From: Eubacteriales bacterium
GTDB taxonomy: Bacteria; Bacillota; Clostridia; Oscillospirales; CAG-272
Length of the DNA stretch: 64,000 nt
NCBI GenBank assembly: GCA_045543615.1
Contig: JAZPXL010000005.1
Coordinates: 132,436 to 196,435 of the forward strand
Direction of reading: 5' to 3'
In this document: in pieces, positions 9,525 through 17,618 of the stretch
Layout: the number at the start of each line of letters is the position of its first letter
Numbering within the stretch: the stretch's first letter is position 1
Translations under genes and position numbers: made by a program
Notes under the pieces: generated by a model
Told to the model about the DNA's origin: nothing
The model's input: the letters and a program-made list of their open reading frames with translations, nothing else
Database searches by the model: none

Positions 9525-12500
9525 TTAATCTATCGGGTAGGATGCCTGATACTTCTTGAGAGCATCTGCACAAGTCTTGATGTATGTGTCGATGTTCTTG
9601 AGAATCTGTGCGTCTTCTGCATTTGCGCAGGATGCTGCAGCCTCTGCAAGCGTTGCACCTGCTGTGCGAAGTGCGTCAATGTAGCTGTCGTGACAGTATG
9701 CTGAGAATGTTGCTTCTGTCTCGATTGCGTTAAGAGCATTCTTTACTCCGTCAATCTCTGCCTTATACTGAGAAGCTGTTGCCTCGCTAAGCGAACCAAA
9801 GCCGTACTCATCACCAAGGATCCAAGCTGCACGCTTGCTTGCGAGAGTCTCACCAACCTCAAGTGTCTCAAGGCCGAACTCTGAACGCTTACGTGTGATT
9901 TCCTTGTTAATGGTTGTAACGTAGCTGAGAAGCTCGTTTACAGGGTTAGCCATATCGTTGTATGCGGAGAGGAATGCGAAGTTGGTATAACGACCAATGA
10001 TGTATGCACCGGGGTAGTTAGGAATGGATGCCAGGTTGTTGAACTGGGACATCAGGTTGGTGAATTCCTTGTTTGTCCAAGGCATTTCAGACAGAGCCGT
10101 GATGTTTGCAGTAGCGTGCTTAGCGGAGTCACCGAGGATTGCAACCATCTCGTTGGAGTATGCGATCTGGCAGCCTGCGCTGGAGTGCCACTTCATAAAT
10201 TCCCAAGCCTTTTCCTTATCGTCGCAGCCGTTGATCATAACGATTGCGGATACTGAGGAAACTGCGGTGTTGTTGATCTTACCTGTCTCTTCGTCACGGT
10301 AACCGGGCAGCGGAACGAATTCCCAAAGACCACGAAGCTCGGTTGCGAATACGATGAGGTGGTTGTATGTGCCGTTGTAGCCTGCAATACCGATGGGCAT
10401 TTCGCCTGTACGGAAACGGTTTACAAAGTCATACTTGTAGGGGAAGGAATACTGTGTAAACATATTACACATTGTCTCGAAGGAGTCAAGTGCTGCGTTG
10501 GAGTTGAGGTTGATTCTCATTCCGTCATCAGCAAAGAGCTCACCACCACTCTGGTAGAGGAAGATCTTATAGTCGGTGCTAAGACCGATTGTCATATTGT
10601 TCTCAGAGAGCGTTGTAGCTGCGGAGAGAAGGTCATCCCAGGTGTCGAGCTTATCAATACCGAGGTCTGCAAGGATATCGGTACGGATGAACATCATCGA
10701 GAAGGACTGAGTCTCGGGCAGACCGTAATAGTGCATTACATTGTCTGCGTCTGCAATACCAAGAACGAGCATTGCTGCATCGTTGAACTGTGCATTGGGA
10801 TTGCGAACGGGCTGACCGTTCTCGTCATAGACTGTGTTGAAGTTTTCGTCAACCTTATAATAAAGAGCTGTATCTGCAAAGTCCTTATTATTTTCAATAG
10901 GAAGAATTGCGCCACGGATAGCGAAGTTGATAACATCGTTGTCACCAAGACCGATATATACGTCAGGTCCCTGTCCGGAGAGGATCGAGGGAAGAAGTGT
11001 ACCACCTGCAACGAGCTTGAGGTCAACCGTGATACCGTGGTTAGGTGTAAAATCGTTGTTGATGAGGTTACGGATAACCTGTGTCTGGTCACGACCATAA
11101 GCAAGCCACACCTCTGTTGCATCAGCGGCACCTGCTGTGTCTTCGGTAGCACCCATACGGTCATAGTTACGGAAGAAGCTCCACCAGAATCTTGCAAGCT
11201 CGTGGATGAATGCCTGGAAGAAGTTTGCCTCTGCAACGGGCTTCTCTGCTTCTGCAGCCTGGATTACGATGTAGTCAAGCTGGAGGGGCTGTGTCTTCGC
11301 ATCACTCAGCCAAGTACCAAGGTTACCGATGTAAGCCTTGAGCTGCTTGAGGTTCTTTGCAATCTCATCCTCATCGTTACCCATTCTGTCAAGCAGCCAG
11401 GTAATCTTTTCAAGAGTTGCAACGTTGGAGCTCTTTACGCCTGCGAGAGCAACAAGCTCTTTTGCAACCTTTTCAATCTCCTTGGACTGAAGAATAAGGT
11501 CGATGATCGTGTCAGGCATAACCGTTGAGAAGTAGTAGTTACGGTCAGAGTCGGGCTCTGCGCCTGTGAGTCTCATTATATTAAGGTAAGCATTGTTGAT
11601 TGTTGTGAGGGATTCGTCGATCTTACGAACGATCTCAGACATAGTACCAAGTGCAACCTCAAATTCGATTGTATACTCAACACCGGCCTCAAAGTAGAAC
11701 TCGATGTCAACATATTCAACCTGGTTGTTACCCTTTGCATCGGTAGTTACGATACCGTACTGAAGGGGGGCTACCTGCCAATCTGTGGAGTAGTTGAAAC
11801 GAAGCTCTCTTGCCTCGTCGAAGGGAATGCCGTTGTAGTAACCGTCATCGCCCTCATTAAGACCCTTACTATAAATGTAAATGGTTCTTGAGCTGTACAT
11901 ACCATCATTGATGTTCTGGATGTAACGAGGGATGATCTGATACATACCGCTGGACTCAACGGTGAATGTATAAGCTACTCTCTGTCCCGATGTCTGCCAC
12001 TTATCACCACCTATGGTGTTGAGAAGTGTACGGTCGGTTTCAGAGGGGCTTGTTACTGCGGAAGAGCTCTCCTCTATCGGATAAACCGTGTTAGTGGAGG
12101 TATATGTAGGAAGCTCAGCTTCGATCTTTATGCTGTCGCCGCCTGCTGTCTTATCGCTGTAAGACTCCTTATACTCATCATAGGAGACGGGTGCTTCGTA
12201 AGGATAGAGGGTGATGGACTCGATAGCCATAGGCTGTGCAACGCCTTCCATAGATATCGTGTGAGTTCCCTCTGTGAAGTAGAACTCAAAGTAGTCCTTG
12301 TAGAAACCGTCAACGTCCTTAAGGCTGAACTCACGCCATTCAGGTGTCTGGTCGGGAGTGCCACGAAGCTCGTTATTGTCCATATCGGTTTTGAACGGAC
12401 GCTTTACACCGTCGATCTCATACTCGAAGGAAGGATCGTAGGTTGTTGTCCAGATCTTCGGGAGCGTAATGTAGTACGCCTCGGAGAAAGGTACTTTACC

Positions 12501-12929
12501 GTCGATTCTGAAAATTCTCTGAATCGAGGTGGACTTGTCTACGATGGGCCAATAGTTGAGCTTGATCGCATAAAGTCCTGTTGCGGGAATATCTACCTTG
12601 TAAGAGAGAATTCCGCTTTCGGGTGAAACAATCGCCTCGACGCCGTCAAATGTCTCGATCTTGACATCCTTCACGGTTGTGCCGTCAGTGTCATATGCCG
12701 AGCCCTTGATAACGACCTCTTGGGTTGCTTTGGGTTCTTCAGAGTACTTTTTGTGGTACTCTTCGTACGAAATTGTGCCGAGTAGCTCTTTAGCAGCTGC
12801 AATCGCCTGCTGGGTAACTGTCTGTTCAGTTGTGCTCGAATCGGCTGCAGATACCGGAACGAGGAAGGATGAGATCAGACAGAGGGCCGCAAGCGTGATA
12901 GCTACTACTCTTTTGAATTTCGCTGCCAT
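9525..12929 (-). CDS. Oversized (1134 aa) extracellular solute-binding protein: signal peptide, two CBM6/35-like beta-sandwich modules, helical linker, family-1 SBP core and a C-terminal helical extension
   Basis: AGGAGG RBS before ATG 12929. Signal MAAKFKRVVAITLAALCLISSFLVPVSA/ADS. CBM-like patterns are GILSYKVDIPATGLYAIKLNYWPI and KIEAELPTY...VAYTFTVESSGMYQIIPRYIQ. The SBP-like core starts near EVWLAYGRDQTQVIRNLINNDFTPNHGITVDLKLV. It is the first gene of the permease operon. Confidence 0.8.
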   Translation of the reverse strand: MAAKFKRVVAITLAALCLISSFLVPVSAADSSTTEQTVTQQAIAAAKELLGTISYEEYHKKYSEEPKATQEVVIKGSAYDTDGTTVKDVKIETFDGVEAIVSPESGILSYKVDIPATGLYAIKLNYWPIVDKSTSIQRIFRIDGKVPFSEAYYITLPKIWTTTYDPSFEYEIDGVKRPFKTDMDNNELRGTPDQTPEWREFSLKDVDGFYKDYFEFYFTEGTHTISMEGVAQPMAIESITLYPYEAPVSYDEYKESYSDKTAGGDSIKIEAELPTYTSTNTVYPIEESSSAVTSPSETDRTLLNTIGGDKWQTSGQRVAYTFTVESSGMYQIIPRYIQNINDGMYSSRTIYIYSKGLNEGDDGYYNGIPFDEARELRFNYSTDWQVAPLQYGIVTTDAKGNNQVEYVDIEFYFEAGVEYTIEFEVALGTMSEIVRKIDESLTTINNAYLNIMRLTGAEPDSDRNYYFSTVMPDTIIDLILQSKEIEKVAKELVALAGVKSSNVATLEKITWLLDRMGNDEDEIAKNLKQLKAYIGNLGTWLSDAKTQPLQLDYIVIQAAEAEKPVAEANFFQAFIHELARFWWSFFRNYDRMGATEDTAGAADATEVWLAYGRDQTQVIRNLINNDFTPNHGITVDLKLVAGGTLLPSILSGQGPDVYIGLGDNDVINFAIRGAILPIENNKDFADTALYYKVDENFNTVYDENGQPVRNPNAQFNDAAMLVLGIADADNVMHYYGLPETQSFSMMFIRTDILADLGIDKLDTWDDLLSAATTLSENNMTIGLSTDYKIFLYQSGGELFADDGMRINLNSNAALDSFETMCNMFTQYSFPYKYDFVNRFRTGEMPIGIAGYNGTYNHLIVFATELRGLWEFVPLPGYRDEETGKINNTAVSSVSAIVMINGCDDKEKAWEFMKWHSSAGCQIAYSNEMVAILGDSAKHATANITALSEMPWTNKEFTNLMSQFNNLASIPNYPGAYIIGRYTNFAFLSAYNDMANPVNELLSYVTTINKEITRKRSEFGLETLEVGETLASKRAAWILGDEYGFGSLSEATASQYKAEIDGVKNALNAIETEATFSAYCHDSYIDALRTAGATLAEAAASCANAEDAQILKNIDTYIKTCADALKKYQASYPID

Positions 12930-13204
12930 TGTGGTTCCTCCTAAATGTGAATTTGCGGATCAGATCCGCGGAGATGTTTCCGCCGATTTGTTGCTGACTG
13001 GCAATTGCCGCGAGCCTGCGTAGCAGTTCGGGTGCGGAAAGGACCGTCCTGCTTGTTTTTTTGTTGTTTTTCTGAGCATATGTCGGTTGGCGACGGCAAA
13101 TCCTCTGAAAAACAGAAAATTTTGTGGCTCTGCTTCCCTAAAACCGTGGCCCTGAATGGCTTTTGGTTATCGGGGCGGCAAAATGCCTTAAAATTTATAT
13201 AGAT

Positions 13205-13233
13205 ATAATATCATAAGAGCTCAAAATAGTCAA
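13205..13233 (-). promoter_or_regulatory. Candidate sigma-A promoter for the SBP operon (TTGACT-17-TATTAT), implying a 5' leader of about 270 nt
   Basis: On the minus strand, TTGACT is at 13233-13228 and TATTAT at 13210-13205, with exactly 17 nt between them. It sits in an AT-rich non-coding region upstream of 12929. Confidence 0.4.
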
Positions 13234-13792
13234 CAGTTAGTTAAAATCCATTCAAAATTTAGAGACAATTTTGAATTAAAATTTCAACAATTAGTTCTAA
13301 CGGTCAAATGAACGCTTATTGTTAAATTCAAAAAAATTTGCGCACTTTGACGAGTTGTTAATTTTTGATAGTAAAGCAAATTTACACAAAACAAACTCAT
13401 TCTCTCCATTAAACATTCAAAGAATCAACTTTTCGCCATCATTTTCGCTTTTCATATTCGACAATGATCAACGAAGGTAATTTTCAGTTACCTGTCATTA
13501 AGCCAATAGTTGCGCTTGCAACCATTTGTTTCGATTTTTCCATTGTGCAAAATACACAATTTTGAGGGCGTTTTTTCTACATCTATACATTTTGCACAAA
13601 TCGTTTCGAATTTGCGTTTTTTTGCTCATTTTTGTAAGTTTTTGCACGCATTTTTCACATATTTCCGTGGTAATTTACTTTTTTTTACAGATTTTTTAAT
13701 TCTGCTTTTTTGCTGTTTTTGCTTCCTTCCACCGTCTCGTCTCCACTTTCTCGTCATCCCCATTTCATCCTTCGGTTTGTTGCGCAAACAAA

Positions 13793-13836
13793 GAAAAGCC
13801 AAGCACGCTGACAATGTCAGCGTGCTTGGCTTTTCT
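13793..13836 (-). terminator. Rho-independent terminator after the 13860-14618 gene
   Basis: 15-bp perfect stem GCCAAGCACGCTGAC / GTCAGCGTGCTTGGC (13798-13812 / 13816-13830), flanked by A and T runs. Confidence 0.75.
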
Positions 13837-13859
13837 CATTTTAGTGTTAAAACCTGTGT

Positions 13860-14618
13860 TTAAGGCTTTGTTGTCGACTGAATGTCATTTTCTCCTGACA
13901 CATAGGACATAAAGAGCTTTACTGTCGAAACGTCGGACACGGAAAAAGCCACATAGCTTGCTTCCTCTATGTCATCTCCTGCCTCTTTTTCTGCATCAAG
14001 CACATTTGCGTGTGAAACGAATAACCACTTGTTCTTCTCTGTCAAGTGGATTATTCTTCCCACCTGATTTGTGAGTATTGCTGAGCCATCATAAGCGAAA
14101 TACACATCGAAATACTCAAAAGTACGAGTGCCGTCATCGTCGACATAATCTGCCATTTCCAAAACGGTTCTGCTTGTAAGTCCGTTTAGAGCGCAGATAA
14201 GGGAGATATCCTCCTCGTCTTCCTCAATTATTGCAAAATTATCGAGCACAACTCTTGTAACTGCGCTGTCCTCGCTCTCAATTCCGTCACAAAGCTCGCC
14301 ACTCTCGGTATAGAGAATACGCCTCGTTCCGTTTGCGATCGCAAGGTACTTGCCGGTCGCATCGTCTTTAACACGATAGAGCGAAGCACCGTAGGTTCTG
14401 TCCCCTACTCTGCCCAGATAATCGCCGAATCTGAACATATATTCATCATCACCGTCGACAGCGTGATACGAAACGCCCTCATAGACAATAACTCGCACAT
14501 CTCCACCGTACTCTGCAACGACGGGGTTGGTGGCGCAATAGTCACAATACGCAAACAGCGTAACGAGAAGTGGCAGTATGACTATGATAGCTATAATAAT
14601 CAGTGCTCTTTTGGTCAT
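13860..14618 (-). CDS. Hypothetical N-terminally membrane-anchored protein
   Basis: 252-aa ORF with ATG at 14618. N-terminal TM MTKRALIIIAIIVILPLLVTLFAY, followed by an acidic soluble domain. No family recognised. Confidence 0.6.
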   Translation of the reverse strand: MTKRALIIIAIIVILPLLVTLFAYCDYCATNPVVAEYGGDVRVIVYEGVSYHAVDGDDEYMFRFGDYLGRVGDRTYGASLYRVKDDATGKYLAIANGTRRILYTESGELCDGIESEDSAVTRVVLDNFAIIEEDEEDISLICALNGLTSRTVLEMADYVDDDGTRTFEYFDVYFAYDGSAILTNQVGRIIHLTEKNKWLFVSHANVLDAEKEAGDDIEEASYVAFSVSDVSTVKLFMSYVSGENDIQSTTKP

Positions 14619-14769
14619 TCTTCGCTTTTCCTTTATTTGATAGTTTTATTTTATCACTAAAGGCAACCTTTGTCAAGGCAAATATCGACATTTATCGCCT
14701 TCAGGAGAGCTCTTCTGTATTTAGATTGGTTTTTTTATTTAAATGTAGCGACTTTTTTCTCAAAACTGC

Positions 14770-14798
14770 TTGACAAAAACATATATTTGATATATAAT
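14770..14798 (+). promoter_or_regulatory. Consensus sigma-A promoter for the tRNA gene
   Basis: TTGACA (14770-14775), 17 nt spacer, TATAAT (14793-14798). It lies 15 nt upstream of the tRNA 5' end. Confidence 0.75.
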
Positions 14799-14813
14799 AT
14801 TAAGGTCAACTGA

Positions 14814-14890
14814 GGGCCATTAGCTCAGTTGGTTAGAGCTACCGGCTCATAACCGGTCGGTCCTAGGTTCGAGTCCTAGATGGCCCACCA
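14814..14890 (+). tRNA. tRNA with CAT anticodon. The body looks like tRNA-Ile2 (lysidine type), but elongator Met is not excluded.
   Basis: 77 nt: GGGCCATTAGCTCAGTTGGTTAGAGCTACCGGCTCATAACCGGTCGGTCCTAGGTTCGAGTCCTAGATGGCCCACCA. Cloverleaf has acceptor GGGCCAT/ATGGCCC, anticodon stem ACCGG/CCGGT, loop CTCATAA, T-arm CCTAG-GTTCGAGT-CCTAG (approx.) and an encoded CCA. Confidence 0.9.
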
Positions 14891-14924
14891 ACCCAAGCAC
14901 TCGCAATAACGATGTGCAAGATGT

Positions 14925-14968
14925 AACGGCAGTATAGCGAGTTGCTATGCTGTCGTTATTCTTTATTT
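14925..14968 (+). terminator. Probable terminator downstream of the tRNA
   Basis: Hairpin AACGGCAGTATAGC / GCTATGCTGTCGTT (includes G-U pairs), followed by ATTCTTTATTT. Confidence 0.5.
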
Positions 14969-15062
14969 GTTGATTTATTAAGCATTTTTTGTGTTTCCCG
15001 ACACAGATGCAATCAGTAATTGAATATTTGAATCCTAAACTTGAAAGAACGAGGTTGTTTAA

Positions 15063-16811
15063 ATGGACATTTTTGATGTTTTAAACCTTATTGGTGGCCT
15101 GTCCTTGTTCCTGTTTGGTATGAACCTTATGGGCGAGGCTCTCGAAAGAAGCGCAGGTAACAAGCTTGAGACTATGATCGGTAAGCTGACAAGCGGAAAG
15201 CTTGCAGGACTTCTTACGGGTATCGGTGTCACAGCCGTTGTGCAAAGCTCATCTGCCACAACCGTTATGGTAGTCGGATTTGTAAACTCTAAGCTTATGA
15301 CGCTGAAGCAAGCCATCCACGTAATTATGGGTGCAAATATCGGTACAACCGTTACAGCTTGGATCTTAAGCCTCAGTGGAATATCGGGCGACAGCCTCTT
15401 TATCAATCTCCTCAAGCCCTCGTCCTTCACTCCCGTTCTTGCGCTCATCGGCATTGTTCTTCTGATGTTCGTCAAGAGCAACAAAAAGAAGGACATCGGC
15501 ATCGTTCTGCTCGGCTTTGCTACTCTTATGTTCGGTATGGAGACGATGACGGACGCCGTTGCTTGCCTCAAGGACATTCCCGAATTCAGAGAGCTGTTCC
15601 TTATGTTCAAAAATCCTCTGCTCGGAGTTCTTGCCGGTGCAATTCTTACGGCAGTTTTACAATCAAGCTCCGCATCAGTCGGTATTCTCCAGGCTCTCTC
15701 AGCCACAGGAGCTATATCCTTTGGAGCGGCAATCCCGATCATTATGGGTCAAAACATCGGTACTTGCGTAACAGCCCTTATCTCCTCGGTTGGTACAACA
15801 AAGAATGCAAGACGAGCAGCTTTTGTGCATCTGGCGTTCAACATCATTGGTACAACAGTTTTCCTCGGTGTTTTTGCGGCAATTGATGCAATATTCTCCC
15901 CTCTTATGTTTGCCGAGGCAGCAAATTACGCAACCATCGCAATTACACACTCGATATTCAACATCGCCTGCACTCTACTTCTCCTCCCTGCATCAGGTCT
16001 TCTTGAAAAGCTTGCATACAAGCTCATTCCCGAAGCAAAACAGCCCGAGAAGACCAACGAGCTTGACGACAGACTTCTCTCCACTCCTGCCATCGCACTT
16101 GAGGTTGCGCATAATCTCACCTGTGAAATGGCAAGAATAACAACAAACGCACTCACGCTTAGCCTTGAATGCCTCGCCTCATATGACAAAGACAAAGCAG
16201 CAGCCATAAGGGAGGCAGAGGACCAAACCGACCATCTTGAGGACGTTATCGGAAGCTTCCTTGTTAAGCTAAGCCGAAAACAGCTCAATGAAACAGACGG
16301 TGCGACAGCATCAATGCTTCTCAAGGCTATTGGAGATTTCGAGAGAATCTCCGACCACGCCGTAAACATAGTTGAATCTGCTGAGGAAATGCGTGAAAAA
16401 GGCATCGTATTCTCCGATAACGCACAAATTGAGATGACCTCACTTTGTGATGCAACACACGAGATTTTAGAGCTTGCTTACGCAGCATTTATTGAAAACG
16501 ATACATCGAAGGCAAACATTGTTGAGCCTCTTGAGCAGGTCATTGACAAAATGAAGGAGCTTCTCCGTTCAAGACATATCGACCGTCTTCGTCTTGGCGA
16601 TTGCAATATTGAAGCAGGCTTTGTCTGGAGCGACCTCATTACAAACCTTGAGAGAGTTTCCGACCACTGTTCAAACATCGCCGCTTGCGTAATGGACACC
16701 AAGGATCAGAATATGAACCTTCACGAGTCTCTCAAGCTCGTTCGCACCGACAGCGATTATTACAGAGAAAAATACGCAGAATATACTACAAAATACATCA
16801 CATTTATTTAA
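15063..16811 (+). CDS. Na/Pi cotransporter family protein with C-terminal PhoU-like domains
   Basis: 582 aa. MDIFDVLNLIGGLSLFLFGMNLMGEALE. Duplicated QSSSATTVM / QSSSASVGI motifs. Helical C-terminal PhoU-like repeats (DFERISDHAVNI, NLERVSDHCSNI). Confidence 0.9.
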   Translation: MDIFDVLNLIGGLSLFLFGMNLMGEALERSAGNKLETMIGKLTSGKLAGLLTGIGVTAVVQSSSATTVMVVGFVNSKLMTLKQAIHVIMGANIGTTVTAWILSLSGISGDSLFINLLKPSSFTPVLALIGIVLLMFVKSNKKKDIGIVLLGFATLMFGMETMTDAVACLKDIPEFRELFLMFKNPLLGVLAGAILTAVLQSSSASVGILQALSATGAISFGAAIPIIMGQNIGTCVTALISSVGTTKNARRAAFVHLAFNIIGTTVFLGVFAAIDAIFSPLMFAEAANYATIAITHSIFNIACTLLLLPASGLLEKLAYKLIPEAKQPEKTNELDDRLLSTPAIALEVAHNLTCEMARITTNALTLSLECLASYDKDKAAAIREAEDQTDHLEDVIGSFLVKLSRKQLNETDGATASMLLKAIGDFERISDHAVNIVESAEEMREKGIVFSDNAQIEMTSLCDATHEILELAYAAFIENDTSKANIVEPLEQVIDKMKELLRSRHIDRLRLGDCNIEAGFVWSDLITNLERVSDHCSNIAACVMDTKDQNMNLHESLKLVRTDSDYYREKYAEYTTKYITFI

Positions 16812-16815
16812 AAAA

Positions 16816-16848
16816 GAAAGCGTTGCCGTGTGGCAACGCTTTCTTTTT
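16816..16848 (+). terminator. Rho-independent terminator
   Basis: GAAAGCGTTGCC-GTGT-GGCAACGCTTTC followed by TTTTT. Confidence 0.8.
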
Positions 16849-16937
16849 CCTCCAAAAGCCGAACTCAACCGTCGGTATGTTGACTAAATACTTTATTCAG
16901 GATATAATAAATACAGAAAATAAAGGAGGAAACTGCG

Positions 16938-17543
16938 ATGGATCAGATAAAAATCGGAAAATTTATTGCTCTGTGCCGAAAGGAAAAGGGTATGACCCAG
17001 CTTGAGCTTGCAGAAAAGCTCAACATCACCGACAGAGCTGTATCAAAATGGGAAACGGGAAAGTCGATGCCCGACACTTCAATAATGATTCCACTTTGCG
17101 AAATACTTTCAGTCAGCGTAAACGAGCTACTTTGTGGTGAGCGTCAGCCTTTCGATAGTGACAGAGAGGCAGACCAACTGCTCTTGCTTTGTATGGCTAA
17201 AGAGATCGAACAGAAAAACAAAACCATCTGGACTTCAATGTGGATCATTATGGGCGTAAGCATTACGGCTTTGTTTTTGAGCATCTTTGCCATAAGAGCT
17301 CTGATTGCGGAAGGTCCATGGATGCTTGTTGCAATCGTTATCTGCTGTATTTTGTTTTTAATCCCTTGCTTCTATGCGCTCAAGCTTGAGGTCAGCGTCG
17401 GAGCGTACAAATGCAAAAATTGCGGTTGCGAGTTTGTGCCAAGCTACTCCGAGGCTCTCGGTGCGATGCATATGGGAACAACACGCCACTTAAAATGCCC
17501 TGAATGTAAAAAGCGCACCTGGTGCAAAAAGGTGCTTAAATAA
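16938..17543 (+). CDS. XRE-family HTH protein with two TM helices and a C-terminal CxxC...CxxC zinc ribbon
   Basis: 201 aa with AGGAGG RBS. HTH GMTQLELAEKLNITDRAVSKWETGKSMP. TM segments WTSMWIIMGVSITALFLSIFAI and WMLVAIVICCILFLIPCFYAL. Zinc ribbon CKNCGC...CPECKK. Confidence 0.8.
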   Translation: MDQIKIGKFIALCRKEKGMTQLELAEKLNITDRAVSKWETGKSMPDTSIMIPLCEILSVSVNELLCGERQPFDSDREADQLLLLCMAKEIEQKNKTIWTSMWIIMGVSITALFLSIFAIRALIAEGPWMLVAIVICCILFLIPCFYALKLEVSVGAYKCKNCGCEFVPSYSEALGAMHMGTTRHLKCPECKKRTWCKKVLK

Positions 17544-17618
17544 GCTCTCCCGTTTTTACTATTGATTACCCAACCAAAATGTGATATAATCATATCATCA
17601 AAGCTATGGAGGGCGAAA

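Noticed and set aside
12954-13070. A 39-codon upstream ORF (MLRKTTKKQAGRSF...) in the SBP leader
   Set aside because: It has no RBS and an arbitrary basic composition. It is more likely part of a structured untranslated leader.
13510-13863. A 117-aa Phe-rich plus-strand ORF, and 13626-13814 (minus, Lys-rich), in the AT-rich spacer
   Set aside because: They have homopolymer-driven composition and no RBS, and they run through a terminator hairpin. I treat the region as non-coding.
13860-15062. A possible genomic island integrated at the tRNA(CAT)
   Set aside because: There is no integrase and no duplicated tRNA 3' segment. The flanking genes have ordinary composition and their own promoters and terminators.
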